From Bugula neritina (lineage: Eukaryota > Animalia > Bryozoa): a stretch of DNA of 64,000 nucleotides. The notes beneath the pieces were generated by a model. It worked only from the letters and a program-made list of their open reading frames with translations, had not been told where the DNA came from and made no database searches. Shown in pieces: positions 12,349 to 21,795 of this stretch; position 1 is the first letter of the stretch, and every line of letters begins with the position of its first letter. The position numbers and the translations under genes are program-made. The stretch spans positions 372,001-436,000 of the forward strand of contig CAXIUT010000073.1 of assembly GCA_964035545.1 (NCBI GenBank). Direction: 5' to 3'.

Positions 12349-12750
12349 TTATATAAGTAAATTATTTATAATTAATTGAGGTGACTCGTGTTTAGACATT
12401 TCTTTAAGCCAATATAAACACAAGTGTCCGCATATAACGGTACCAAATTTTTGTACTCTTTCGGTATTATAAAATATAGGCGGTTTTAAATATTTCATTA
12501 TTTCTAAAGGAGGATGCAATCCAAAACTATCGAAATAATATTTTTTATTTCCGTTTTTATACCAAGCTACCCAATGAGTACCGTTACCCATTAAATTGTC
12601 TAAATTTAATATACCACACTCTTTTTTACGCGGCTTATTGGGTAAATCATTTCTTGAAAATACTCCTCTAAAATTAGGAATTTTTAATTTTTTAATTGCA
12701 AACTCTAATTCAATATTTGAAAGAGCTTTATTCAATAACTTTATATTCAT
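12349..12750 (-). CDS. Adenain-like cysteine maturation protease (Polinton PRO)
   Basis: GTHWVAW (His), YFDSFG (Asp) and Q...CGHLC (Gln/Cys) motifs in 133 aa. Confidence 0.95.
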   Translation of the reverse strand: MNIKLLNKALSNIELEFAIKKLKIPNFRGVFSRNDLPNKPRKKECGILNLDNLMGNGTHWVAWYKNGNKKYYFDSFGLHPPLEIMKYLKPPIFYNTERVQKFGTVICGHLCLYWLKEMSKHESPQLIINNLLI

Positions 12751-15700
12751 TTATATAGCCGTAAGGAACCGTAGTTATACCGTCTTTGAGTATAATTCTT
12801 TTATCATCTTCGGATGATAAAGCTACTTTGTTTATAGTCTCAGCGTACATCGTATGCTTATGACTTCTTAAAACATTCATCATTCTAAGCTGATCTCGCC
12901 GCGTTAATAAACACTCTTTATAATCGTCAAACGTTATACGATTATTACGAGTAGTCTTATTAATTCCTTTACACTTTTTTTCTTCTATACCATTCATTTT
13001 ATACGAGTACAACTTAGCTCTTAGGCCTACAAATTCTGTAATTTGTTTACCGCCGGCTTCGTCCTTAAACATGCCTATTATCTTTTTATTTTTATTATTT
13101 AATAATTTATGATTTTCAGGATAATTACTCGTATCAAATTTATTTTCGATATCCGGTAATATATCCTTATAAAAGTCTTCAGTTTGCACGTGATACATTA
13201 AACTATCCGTATCCGTAAACAGTAACTGAGCTTTATTACCGTATTTAAGTCTAATATACTCGTAATGAAAGTCGTATATTAGAGTTTTACTAATGTCTAA
13301 TATAGCCGCACCCAAATATACGGGTTTATTAAACTTTAATTTCGTTACGTTCATATGAACCGCTATTAAATTTTCGGAAAATATTGTATAACCTTTGAAA
13401 TTAGGTTGATTAGTTAATTTTTTCGCTTCGCTTTCGCTAGTAACTAATTTAACGTCAATTCTATTACGTATATTTTCCATTGTTTTACCAAACACGGAAT
13501 TATTCATAAGCTTAAAGAAATCTTTTTCAAAATCGCTCTGAGCTAAAGTTCTCAGCTTAGTATTTAAATTTATATACTCTTTAAGTTTATTGGATTCGTT
13601 AAAGGTTATACCTTTATGAATTTTTGTAAGCTTTAAGCCGTACATAAGACACTGTTTTAATGCCTCGTAGTGTATAACGTAATTCTTTTTATTATTTAAA
13701 TTTGGAATTAATTTTTCCACTTTATTAATCGTTAATCTCTCGGGGCAGAATGGATAATCTTTATGAAAGTTGTGTAACTCTTTAGAATATTCTAAGTCTA
13801 CTTCCAAGAAGCTAGGTGGAAAATTTAAACTTTTTTCTAAATCTTTACACCGTTTTTCAGTCATCCACTTAAAATTACCCGTAGGTAAATTTTTGGACAT
13901 AGCCCAACCGTATAAATTGTTAGCGTCTAAATAAGTAATATAACTGCTAGGCTCGCTAGCGTTATAATTTTCCATGTACTTATTATTGGCTTTAGCGTAC
14001 CTATGACTGATCATACTTACACCGCCCCTAATAGCCTTTTCAAAGAAGAGTAATTGGTCAACGTCGGTAATTGGATCCAATTCTAGTTTAGTTGTTTTAA
14101 GCATGGCGTCCCAACTTAAGCCGGGAGCCGTATAGTACCAAGCCGGATCTAATTTATAATGCTTTAAACATACGTTTCTAAAGTTTTCAAAAACGTCAGC
14201 CAGCTGTAATACATCAACTTTCATATATAAATCGTGATAGTCTCTAAACGTTTTCATATTAAATTCTCGCCAAACGTTTTGAGCGTGTATATAATCTTCT
14301 TCCGAAATATTTTGCTCGGTTAAGCTCGAATAAAACTTTTCTTTAGGTGGTAAAGACGTTTTGTTTAATACGCTTATATTATTGAAATAGTCGTAAGGAA
14401 ATACTCCTTTTCTTAATAATAAGTCTAATTGTTTTTCCGCGTAATGCTTTTGACAGTCTAATTGTTTTTTTATATAATGTTTTTGCAAATGTTTAAAGTC
14501 ATCGCGTTTTAAATTCGCTACTAAACTCGCTAAACTAGAACTCATAAATTTATACGAGTCTAAAAAGCGAATTTCACGCGTAACTTTAACTTTTTTACCT
14601 TCATTATTGGTAAATTCGTCTACTAATAATTTCTTACTAAAAGATATATATTTTTCTTCGGTATTAGGTATACACGAAGGTTCACCGCCTAAGTTTTTAA
14701 TAAATAAGTGAGCGTCGTAACCCGATAAATTATGAATAAATATTGGATAAAATTTCGGAATTTTATAATTTAAATTACAATTACTATGAGCCGCTCCTCT
14801 ATAGTCTCCGGTTAAGTGGCAGTGATCTCTCACTCTGTCATTACCCAATTTTTCTTCGCATATATAACAATTTTCGGCTAATTCGAAAGACTTTTGTTCG
14901 CTAGTCGAAATTTCCATTGGTTTAGAAAATTTATGTTTTTTATACAAGTTTTTAATGTCGAGTTCTAATAATTTTATAAACAGTTCACCAATATTTTCGT
15001 CTTCGTATTGTTTAGTATAACTTCTGTATTCGCATTCGCCGGTAACGCTCACAATATAATATCCGAAACCCGATGGTTCGTGTTGCTGATATTGATTAGT
15101 ATAGCTTTTCTGAGAATTAGGCTGACAACTTTGTATAGGCTTAGTAAAACATTCAAAGTCCGCGTATACCACAAACGGTACTCTCATACTACGGCAATGG
15201 TAATTAGATTGAAATTTTATTTTATTTTCTATTTTCGGAAAGACTGTAGTTACACCGTCATTCGTTAAACACCAATCTTGATGCTTTTTTAAAGATTCGT
15301 TAGATCGAAATGAATTCATACAATTTACGCAAATATGTTTAGCGCTAACGCGTTTATTTATTTGCGAACCGAGTAATTTATTTAAATTTTTAATATAAGC
15401 GTAATGACTCTTTTTGTCATCGCTTATATAAAATAAATTTATAATTTTACCCTGATTTTTAGTTTTTTTCCATAAATTTATTGTTTTACCGTCCCACGTA
15501 AATACATTAATTCCAAAATCGGAATTAACCTCTTCAAAAGCGTCAATATATTTTTTAGTAGCGGGAAATTCAACGCCTTCCCACGAAAATTTATTAACGT
15601 ATTCTTTATAATTATTAATTCTTTCGGGATGGTTTTTAGGTGTATGAACACTCATTAAAATGGCCCACATAAAGCACTTATTATCCTCATTTTTAGGATT

Positions 15701-16435
15701 TATTACGGCTTTCTTTAATTTAATTTCTTTCGGAAGATCAATCCACGATGATCCGTTAAGAGGTTGATATTTATTAATATTAATTTCCATTTTTTTAATG
15801 GCTTTAAACATCCAGCTACTTCCTTTCGCGTTTAACGAAGCAAAATTTTCTTTTATACGTTCAATTATTTCATCGTATATTTCATTAATATTCGTAGACT
15901 CTAATATAGTTTCAATATTTGATGTAAATGGCATAATTTCTACAATAGTTTCTCCGGTACGTACATTAATTTTTTCCATTTCGCAATACATAAATATTTT
16001 AACTTTTATAGCAGGTTTTAATAATTCTATTACATTTAATTTTACTAGTTTACTAAATGAATTTATATCGTATTTGGGTAAACCCTTAATTTCATGAGTT
16101 TGAAACCAACCTTTAGCGGCTTGTTCTTTAAGCTTAGGCTGATTATATAAAGCCATAATTTTATCCTTAATTGGATTTACAATTTTTGCAATTGGCTTTA
16201 CAATACCCTTAACCCATTTTTTTATATTACGCGTAGTTTGCGTAAATATTTCTCGCATAATTTTTTTTACGGGTATAGGTATTAACGGGGCTTGTCCTAT
16301 ATTTGGAACGGGTTCGTCCATAGGCGATAATAGCCGTATAAGTTCGGCTTTTTTTAATCGAGAATATCGTTTCAATCCTCTTTCTTTAGCTAAAGCCTTT
16401 AAAGCTTTTACGGTAATTTTTGTATTGAACTCCAT
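12728..16435 (-). CDS. polB: Protein-primed family B DNA polymerase (pPolB), 1235 aa
   Basis: Exonuclease YADFE, HNLSGYD and Y..VD; polymerase YLDANNLYG, KLMNNSVFGK and FTDTDS; embedded endonuclease-VII-like CYIC...DHCH..G.YRGAAHSNCN; N-terminal HEH/Rho-N-like motif. Confidence 0.98.
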   Translation of the reverse strand: MEFNTKITVKALKALAKERGLKRYSRLKKAELIRLLSPMDEPVPNIGQAPLIPIPVKKIMREIFTQTTRNIKKWVKGIVKPIAKIVNPIKDKIMALYNQPKLKEQAAKGWFQTHEIKGLPKYDINSFSKLVKLNVIELLKPAIKVKIFMYCEMEKINVRTGETIVEIMPFTSNIETILESTNINEIYDEIIERIKENFASLNAKGSSWMFKAIKKMEININKYQPLNGSSWIDLPKEIKLKKAVINPKNEDNKCFMWAILMSVHTPKNHPERINNYKEYVNKFSWEGVEFPATKKYIDAFEEVNSDFGINVFTWDGKTINLWKKTKNQGKIINLFYISDDKKSHYAYIKNLNKLLGSQINKRVSAKHICVNCMNSFRSNESLKKHQDWCLTNDGVTTVFPKIENKIKFQSNYHCRSMRVPFVVYADFECFTKPIQSCQPNSQKSYTNQYQQHEPSGFGYYIVSVTGECEYRSYTKQYEDENIGELFIKLLELDIKNLYKKHKFSKPMEISTSEQKSFELAENCYICEEKLGNDRVRDHCHLTGDYRGAAHSNCNLNYKIPKFYPIFIHNLSGYDAHLFIKNLGGEPSCIPNTEEKYISFSKKLLVDEFTNNEGKKVKVTREIRFLDSYKFMSSSLASLVANLKRDDFKHLQKHYIKKQLDCQKHYAEKQLDLLLRKGVFPYDYFNNISVLNKTSLPPKEKFYSSLTEQNISEEDYIHAQNVWREFNMKTFRDYHDLYMKVDVLQLADVFENFRNVCLKHYKLDPAWYYTAPGLSWDAMLKTTKLELDPITDVDQLLFFEKAIRGGVSMISHRYAKANNKYMENYNASEPSSYITYLDANNLYGWAMSKNLPTGNFKWMTEKRCKDLEKSLNFPPSFLEVDLEYSKELHNFHKDYPFCPERLTINKVEKLIPNLNNKKNYVIHYEALKQCLMYGLKLTKIHKGITFNESNKLKEYINLNTKLRTLAQSDFEKDFFKLMNNSVFGKTMENIRNRIDVKLVTSESEAKKLTNQPNFKGYTIFSENLIAVHMNVTKLKFNKPVYLGAAILDISKTLIYDFHYEYIRLKYGNKAQLLFTDTDSLMYHVQTEDFYKDILPDIENKFDTSNYPENHKLLNNKNKKIIGMFKDEAGGKQITEFVGLRAKLYSYKMNGIEEKKCKGINKTTRNNRITFDDYKECLLTRRDQLRMMNVLRSHKHTMYAETINKVALSSEDDKRIILKDGITTVPYGYINEYKVIE

Positions 16436-16492
16436 TTATATAGTAAAAAAATCTTTAAACTATAAAATCAATTTTTTAATAAAAAATTAGTT

Positions 16493-16729
16493 TTATACGT
16501 CTTCGAGAATTTTATTTATTTGCACTTTAAGTTTAGTTACTTTACGCCGCGATGTTAAATTTTTATTAAAATGTTTAAATAATTTATCTCGATCTTCATT
16601 TGACACAGAATTAATATTTAAGGTAGAATAATCGGTTAATCGCATAAATGTATGTTCGGGAAGAGGTATATATTTTTTTTGTTTAGCTTGAGCGATTAGT
16701 TTATCAAGTAATTCAATAGTAAACTCCAT
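16493..16729 (-). CDS. Small hypothetical Polinton protein (~78 aa from MEFTIELL)
   Basis: Open frame in a gene-dense element; the internal ATG at 16729 is preceded by TATAAT, a variant of the element's start motif. Confidence 0.55.
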   Translation of the reverse strand: MEFTIELLDKLIAQAKQKKYIPLPEHTFMRLTDYSTLNINSVSNEDRDKLFKHFNKNLTSRRKVTKLKVQINKILEDV

Positions 16730-16771
16730 ATTATAAAATAATAAAATAATAAAAATCATTTTTTTATATAA

Positions 16772-17251
16772 ATGGACTTTCGACGAGAAAAATTAGAACT
16801 CTTAAACGATGAAATTATTAAATTAGAAAACGAATACGAACAAAAACTTAATTGTTTTAATTGGTTATCGAAATCGTTAAAAATAATTTCTGGATTATGC
16901 GGTACAACGAATTTAATATGCGGTGTTATTATTACGGTGTTATTAAACGCTAACGTTACTAAACAAACGTTATTACCATTATCTATAATAGTAAGTATAA
17001 TGAGCGTAATTACTACTTCTATTTCTTCTCAAGATACTAAATTAATTAAATCTACGTTAATGTATTTAGATATATATACGTTTATAAAAGATTCAAAATT
17101 AGAAATTAATTCTATGTTATCAAAATTTTTAAGCGACTCTCATATAGACGAACGAGAGTACGACGCTATAACCGAAAAATATAAAAATATTAATAACGTA
17201 ATATCGAATAAAAAAAGCGACATAATAGTCGCTCGTAACAACGTTTGTTAA
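16772..17251 (+). CDS. Polinton membrane protein (coiled coil plus two hydrophobic helices), resembling the adintovirus 'GasderminX'-type ORF
   Basis: TATATAAATG start; two hydrophobic segments; C-terminal SK.L.D..I...EY..I..KY pattern recalled from Polinton ORFs. Family assignment not verified. Confidence 0.6.
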   Translation: MDFRREKLELLNDEIIKLENEYEQKLNCFNWLSKSLKIISGLCGTTNLICGVIITVLLNANVTKQTLLPLSIIVSIMSVITTSISSQDTKLIKSTLMYLDIYTFIKDSKLEINSMLSKFLSDSHIDEREYDAITEKYKNINNVISNKKSDIIVARNNVC

Positions 17252-17409
17252 TTACTTGCAAAATGCAATTAATTAAAAAAGGGAGTTCAATACAAAAATA
17301 TCCGTATAGGCTGCTAATAGCGCGTAATAATCGGTCCTAAGAGCGAGTTACGTGTGCCGTATTATACGCACATTTATATATGTTTTCTTTAACTATAATA
17401 TTTTTTATT

Positions 17410-17802
17410 TTAATGTAAAGTGTCATTTCTTCTTTTTTCTATTTCGTCTTCGGCGTATTTTAATTTAGTAAAGAATGACGGTATTCTAGCCGCCGCGTAA
17501 TTCATTAAACCTACGTTAAGTTCTTGAATTATTTCTTTAGTTTTGTAAATAGTTTTTATTTTTAATTTTCCATCATTTTCTTTATAAATAATTTCTCTTT
17601 TATTAGTATAAACGCGTTCTTCGAGTAAACCACGTTTGTTAGACGGATTAGTTATTTCGTCTAATATATTAAAATTTTTATATATAATTATTTCTTTTAA
17701 ATCACCGCTTTCGTACATTCGTTTTTCGTATTCGGAAGTTTTATATATCGTTTCGGTAATTGGGGTGCCGTCGAGGCTTTTATAAGTAATTACTGTTGAC
17801 AT
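17410..17802 (-). CDS. Hypothetical Polinton protein, 130 aa
   Basis: TATATAAATG start; element-typical codon usage; no recognised motif. Confidence 0.7.
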   Translation of the reverse strand: MSTVITYKSLDGTPITETIYKTSEYEKRMYESGDLKEIIIYKNFNILDEITNPSNKRGLLEERVYTNKREIIYKENDGKLKIKTIYKTKEIIQELNVGLMNYAAARIPSFFTKLKYAEDEIEKRRNDTLH

Positions 17803-17821
17803 TTATATATGTTTTCTTAAA

Positions 17822-18391
17822 CTATAACAGCATACCTAAAAGAGGAATGTTTTTAAACGGACTATTCGGACCTAAAATTAAACCTTCGCCTTTTATATAG
17901 CTAGAACCTTGTTTTAAATATAAACCGTTACCCTTCATTAAATTAGACGACGCGACTGGTTTTAAAGTAATAGAACCGTTTAAATTAGGTTCTACGGAAC
18001 ATACGCATCCGCCTCTTTTCAAATAAAGACCTTTACCTTTAATAGCTCTTTCGACTCCGGCGCTAGCGGCTCCTGAAAGTACGCCGGGTATAATAGTTTT
18101 TAATAGCGTAGGTATTACTCTCGTGGCTATACCCAATAGAGCTCCTAAAAATCCTCCGCTCATTGACGCGTTAGTTTTTACTAATGACGGAGACATTTCG
18201 AGCGTTATATTTTTTTTATTCGCGTTTAACGCTTTTAAAATATTATCGTTTTGCGTTTTCGTAACGACTAGTTTATCATTTCCGCTTTCGAGAGGCAATT
18301 TAATAACGCAACCCTTACCGCTTCTATAAGCGTTCATTATTTTTTGTTTTTGCGCCTGCGGCACATTTCCTATAATTTCGCAATAACCCAT
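17822..18391 (-). CDS. Putative virion core/membrane-lytic precursor with several adenain cleavage sites
   Basis: MSGG/FLGALLG amphipathic segment and repeated (I/M)KGxG-L motifs; adjacent to the capsid genes. Confidence 0.7.
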   Translation of the reverse strand: MGYCEIIGNVPQAQKQKIMNAYRSGKGCVIKLPLESGNDKLVVTKTQNDNILKALNANKKNITLEMSPSLVKTNASMSGGFLGALLGIATRVIPTLLKTIIPGVLSGAASAGVERAIKGKGLYLKRGGCVCSVEPNLNGSITLKPVASSNLMKGNGLYLKQGSSYIKGEGLILGPNSPFKNIPLLGMLL

Positions 18392-18403
18392 TTATATAAT
18401 ACA

Positions 18404-19162
18404 TTAAACTTCTCTTAAATGAAATCTTATTGAAAGTTGTTCACCGCTAAGATCTAATAAATTACCTTTTTGATCGGTTACCGTAACGGTTAACGTCTTA
18501 ATATATTTAACGTGAACGGGTAAGTATATTAAATTATGAGGTTTTTCTATTATTTTATATCCCGGACTAACGCTCGGAAAAAATGAATAAATAACGGGTT
18601 TATAAGTACCATCGATATAACTTCCGTTAATACAATCAACTTGTACGTGTATAGCGTTTATATTTAAAATATTTACTATGTTCGTAGCTTCGATATAAGG
18701 TTGATTATATATCGCCGCGTTAAAACCTAAAACGTCTCTTAGAGAATTTTCAACGTTAAAATCTATTCGGTAATTTGGTTTTAATTCAAGTATAATTCTA
18801 AAAGTTACTTTATTAGCTTGTAAAGTAATACCGTTTCTATTACCCCCCTCTTTTACTATTTCGTCTTGAATAGCTTCTTCTAGTTGATCTAATTCGTACA
18901 CTCCGACTGGTAACGAAACTAAATGCCACGTAGTACCACCGTCTTTAGACCATCTATAGGAATTTCTATCGGTACTAATGTTTGGAAAAGAATAAAACGT
19001 ATCCAAACTAATAAGACACATTTCGTATTTTTTATTTTTATTTAACTCTATAGGCGGATTAAGTTGAGTAATTATTCTCGTTTTAGTATCGGTAACTCCT
19101 ATAGTCATTGTTTGTTTAGAGGCCGTATTATCAGCAATTTCTCTTAATAATTTATTTTCCAT
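18404..19162 (-). CDS. Minor capsid protein (penton, single jelly-roll)
   Basis: 252 aa, directly downstream of the MCP; PIEL...YEM, SFPNI, VLGF and P..LIYLPV...DQ.G..LDL.GE...I..HL pattern typical of Polinton pentons. Confidence 0.88.
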   Translation of the reverse strand: MENKLLREIADNTASKQTMTIGVTDTKTRIITQLNPPIELNKNKKYEMCLISLDTFYSFPNISTDRNSYRWSKDGGTTWHLVSLPVGVYELDQLEEAIQDEIVKEGGNRNGITLQANKVTFRIILELKPNYRIDFNVENSLRDVLGFNAAIYNQPYIEATNIVNILNINAIHVQVDCINGSYIDGTYKPVIYSFFPSVSPGYKIIEKPHNLIYLPVHVKYIKTLTVTVTDQKGNLLDLSGEQLSIRFHLREV

Positions 19163-20437
19163 TTATATAACTTTTAAATTATTTCCATCGGAACTGAGAG
19201 ACATAGTTTTATCCGATAGAATTAGCGCGTAAGCTTGAGTATCAGCCGGTACATTTTGACTAAACTGAACTCTTAATTGAATATCGGCTACGCTACTTTT
19301 AAGAGCCTCGCTTTGCTTACTAACGTCTATTACGAACAAAGCGTAAAGATCTTTATATTCCGAAGGTAATACGTTTGAATATGCGATTAGCTCGTTTATA
19401 CCGTAATATTCTCCGCAAAACTTAGAAGCGTCTCCGTACACTCTACTAAACTTCATTTTAGCAAAATCTATATCATAATCAACTTCGGGATACCGCTCAC
19501 TATTTAGCATCGCGTATATACTTTTAACGTTAACGTGATCAAATACTGCCGGATTAGCCGTTTGACTTTCAGTCTTATTCGTTTGAAAACCTACGATAAT
19601 ATATTTAGGTTTTTCCGTATCTCCTCTAGAACCCAAACGCCACGTAAAATTAGTAGTTTGCGGCACTGCAATACTATCACACCATCTAGATCTATAAATT
19701 AGGGGTAGTTGCGCCTTACTCTCTATAATTTTATAGAGTTTATGCTTCATTTCAAAACTAGGCGTTACGTGAGGCATCCACCACGACACTTTATCTAACG
19801 TTATTTTTCCCGCATCTACACCGTTTGCTCTAAATATAGCGTTATCGTTGGTATCGCGTACTAGCGTTAGTTGATGTTTTATACCGTATAATACTTTTTC
19901 GTAATCGTCAGCAAACCCGAACAAATGTCTGAGATCCACTTTAATACTAAAAGTACCTTTAGGATCTGGCTTTTGTATAATATAAATTTGACGCGCGTTA
20001 AAACCTAAATTAGCGGCGGCAGCGGTTGCGGTAGTATCTTTTGACCACAACTGATTAAGACCTCTCGACTTACCGTAGTCGTCGGGATAAGTTAGTAAAC
20101 CCATCATGGTCGAAGCGTGTCCGGGATTATTTATATATTCCAAGTCGTGTCCGTCGAGTTGATATCTAATACTTTTAAACAAATAAGCCATACCGTTATT
20201 AATTAGCGTTACTAAGTCGGCGTCGGCGTAAGCGGTTCCATCGGCTTTAGTTAAACGACCTTCGATAATCAAATAACTTTTACTCGGCTGAACGTACAAA
20301 TCTTGCTGATTAATAACTATTCTAATTTCACTGGGAGTATTTAAATTCGTTCCCGTTACGGGTTCGTATTCGTGTACCTGATCACGCTCTACGCTCGTAT
20401 CGAGTACAATTTTTTGTGTAATGTTTAGAGAATCCAT
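19163..20437 (-). CDS. Major capsid protein (double jelly-roll)
   Basis: 424 aa; EIRI.I...D....P..SYL.IEG, LFGF..DY.K, KPKYIIVGFQT, LNSERYP and FVIDVSKQ motifs of Polinton MCPs. Confidence 0.92.
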   Translation of the reverse strand: MDSLNITQKIVLDTSVERDQVHEYEPVTGTNLNTPSEIRIVINQQDLYVQPSKSYLIIEGRLTKADGTAYADADLVTLINNGMAYLFKSIRYQLDGHDLEYINNPGHASTMMGLLTYPDDYGKSRGLNQLWSKDTTATAAAANLGFNARQIYIIQKPDPKGTFSIKVDLRHLFGFADDYEKVLYGIKHQLTLVRDTNDNAIFRANGVDAGKITLDKVSWWMPHVTPSFEMKHKLYKIIESKAQLPLIYRSRWCDSIAVPQTTNFTWRLGSRGDTEKPKYIIVGFQTNKTESQTANPAVFDHVNVKSIYAMLNSERYPEVDYDIDFAKMKFSRVYGDASKFCGEYYGINELIAYSNVLPSEYKDLYALFVIDVSKQSEALKSSVADIQLRVQFSQNVPADTQAYALILSDKTMSLSSDGNNLKVI

Positions 20438-20458
20438 TTATTATAGTAAAATAATTTC

Positions 20459-20782
20459 TTAATAAGCTATAGCTTGTCCGCTTCCTTCTAAAATATTACT
20501 TATATTACTATTGTTATTAAGTACTTTTAATATATTTTTAGTTTGATTAAGTTTTTGTAATATAGCTTGACTTTTAGCGTTTAACTTTTTTTGCCTTCTT
20601 TTTTTAATCGCGTTAACAATTTTTTCACCGGCCGCGGTACCCGCTTTAGCTATAGCCTTTTTACCTAATTCTCTTACGCTGGAATTACTAGCTATTTTAG
20701 TTACTACATTCCTAATGGTATCAAATATTCCGCCACCCGCGTAGTGTCTTTGTAATCGTTGTCTTTTATCGTAAACGTACAT
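20459..20782 (-). CDS. Basic putative core (DNA-condensing) protein, 107 aa
   Basis: K/R-rich; AGGG-IFD protease-like site followed by an amphipathic helix; TATAATAAATG start. Confidence 0.7.
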   Translation of the reverse strand: MYVYDKRQRLQRHYAGGGIFDTIRNVVTKIASNSSVRELGKKAIAKAGTAAGEKIVNAIKKRRQKKLNAKSQAILQKLNQTKNILKVLNNNSNISNILEGSGQAIAY

Positions 20783-20785
20783 TTA

Positions 20786-21592
20786 TTATACGAGAATACT
20801 TTTATAATAGTCACGAGTAATAATTTTCATTCTAAGTAATTCGTCTAATATAGACACAATTTCGTTTCGTACTTCCGTATTTCCGGCTTTAGCGCTAGAA
20901 ATTAAAAGTTCGAGTCATTCTACTAAAGCGTTAGGATCAGACGATAAATATACTACTCCATCACCGACTTGCCTTTTAGCTTTTTTACTATCAGCGAGTT
21001 TCGCTCTTTGAGGATATAATTGTTCCCAAATAGGTCTAACAATATTTTTCCATTTTTCACTATTTTTATCTATGGGACCGTGTTTACTTTGATATATAGC
21101 GCCGCTATTATCGAGTATATTAGCGTAATTCGCTAAATCATTATCATCGTATCCTATAGGCGTTTTACGCGTTAAAAGACTTAAAAGTCCTCTAGTCGCC
21201 GGATATTCTTCGTTTTCAAAAATTATTTTACCATCGTTAAAGCTTATAGGTTTTGTACCAATAACGTGTCTATTACCATCCCACTTTACGTTATAAGCGC
21301 CGGGTTCTAAGCCAGCTAAAACGTTTTGAGTAAATTCGTCTAAATTTATAACTCCATCCGTTATAGCCGGTTGAACATTATAATTGGGTAATGTAAGCAA
21401 TTGTTTTAACGCGTCAGTCGTTTGAGCTTGCGAAGTCGTTACGGGTTCAAAATATTTTTCTTGAGCTATAGCCGCATTTAATTCTCGCTCGCGTTCTCGT
21501 TTAAAATTTTCTTTTAATTTATTCTTTCGAGAAATAAAATCTTGTACGGTTTTATCTCTTTTTATAGGGTCGTAAATCTTTAGGTAACTCAT
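20786..21592 (-). pseudogene. Conserved Polinton protein (268 codons) interrupted by an in-frame TGA at 20915-20917
   Basis: The frame continues past the stop: DPNALVE*LELLISSAKAGNTEVRNEIVSILDELL...TAA(20786), matching the common Polinton motif DPNxLVxRLxLL...AGN...NEI. Confidence 0.85.
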
Positions 21593-21605
21593 TTATTATA
21601 TATTA

Positions 21606-21795
21606 ATTTGTGTCCACTTTTGTGTCTAGTGTCCACATTTGTGTCCACTTTTGTGTCTAGTGTCCGCATTTGTGTCCACTTTTGTGTCTAGTGTTCACAT
21701 TTGTGTCCACTTTACGTTTAATTTGTGTCCACTTTTTATGGACACAAATGTGTTTGTGTCCACTTTTTATGGACACAAATGTGTTTGTGTCCACT
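21606..21795. repeat. 31-bp-period minisatellite (TTTGTGTCCAC core) with two hairpins, inside the Polinton
   Basis: ATTTGTGTCCACTTTTGTGTCTAGTGTCCAC x3, then TTTGTGTCCACTTTTTATGGACACAAATGTG x2. Confidence 0.9.

Noticed and set aside
12596-18329. Plus-strand ORFs 12596-12817, 15008-15268, 15798-16097 and 18123-18329
   Set aside because: Antisense shadows of well-supported genes; they lack the element's start motif.
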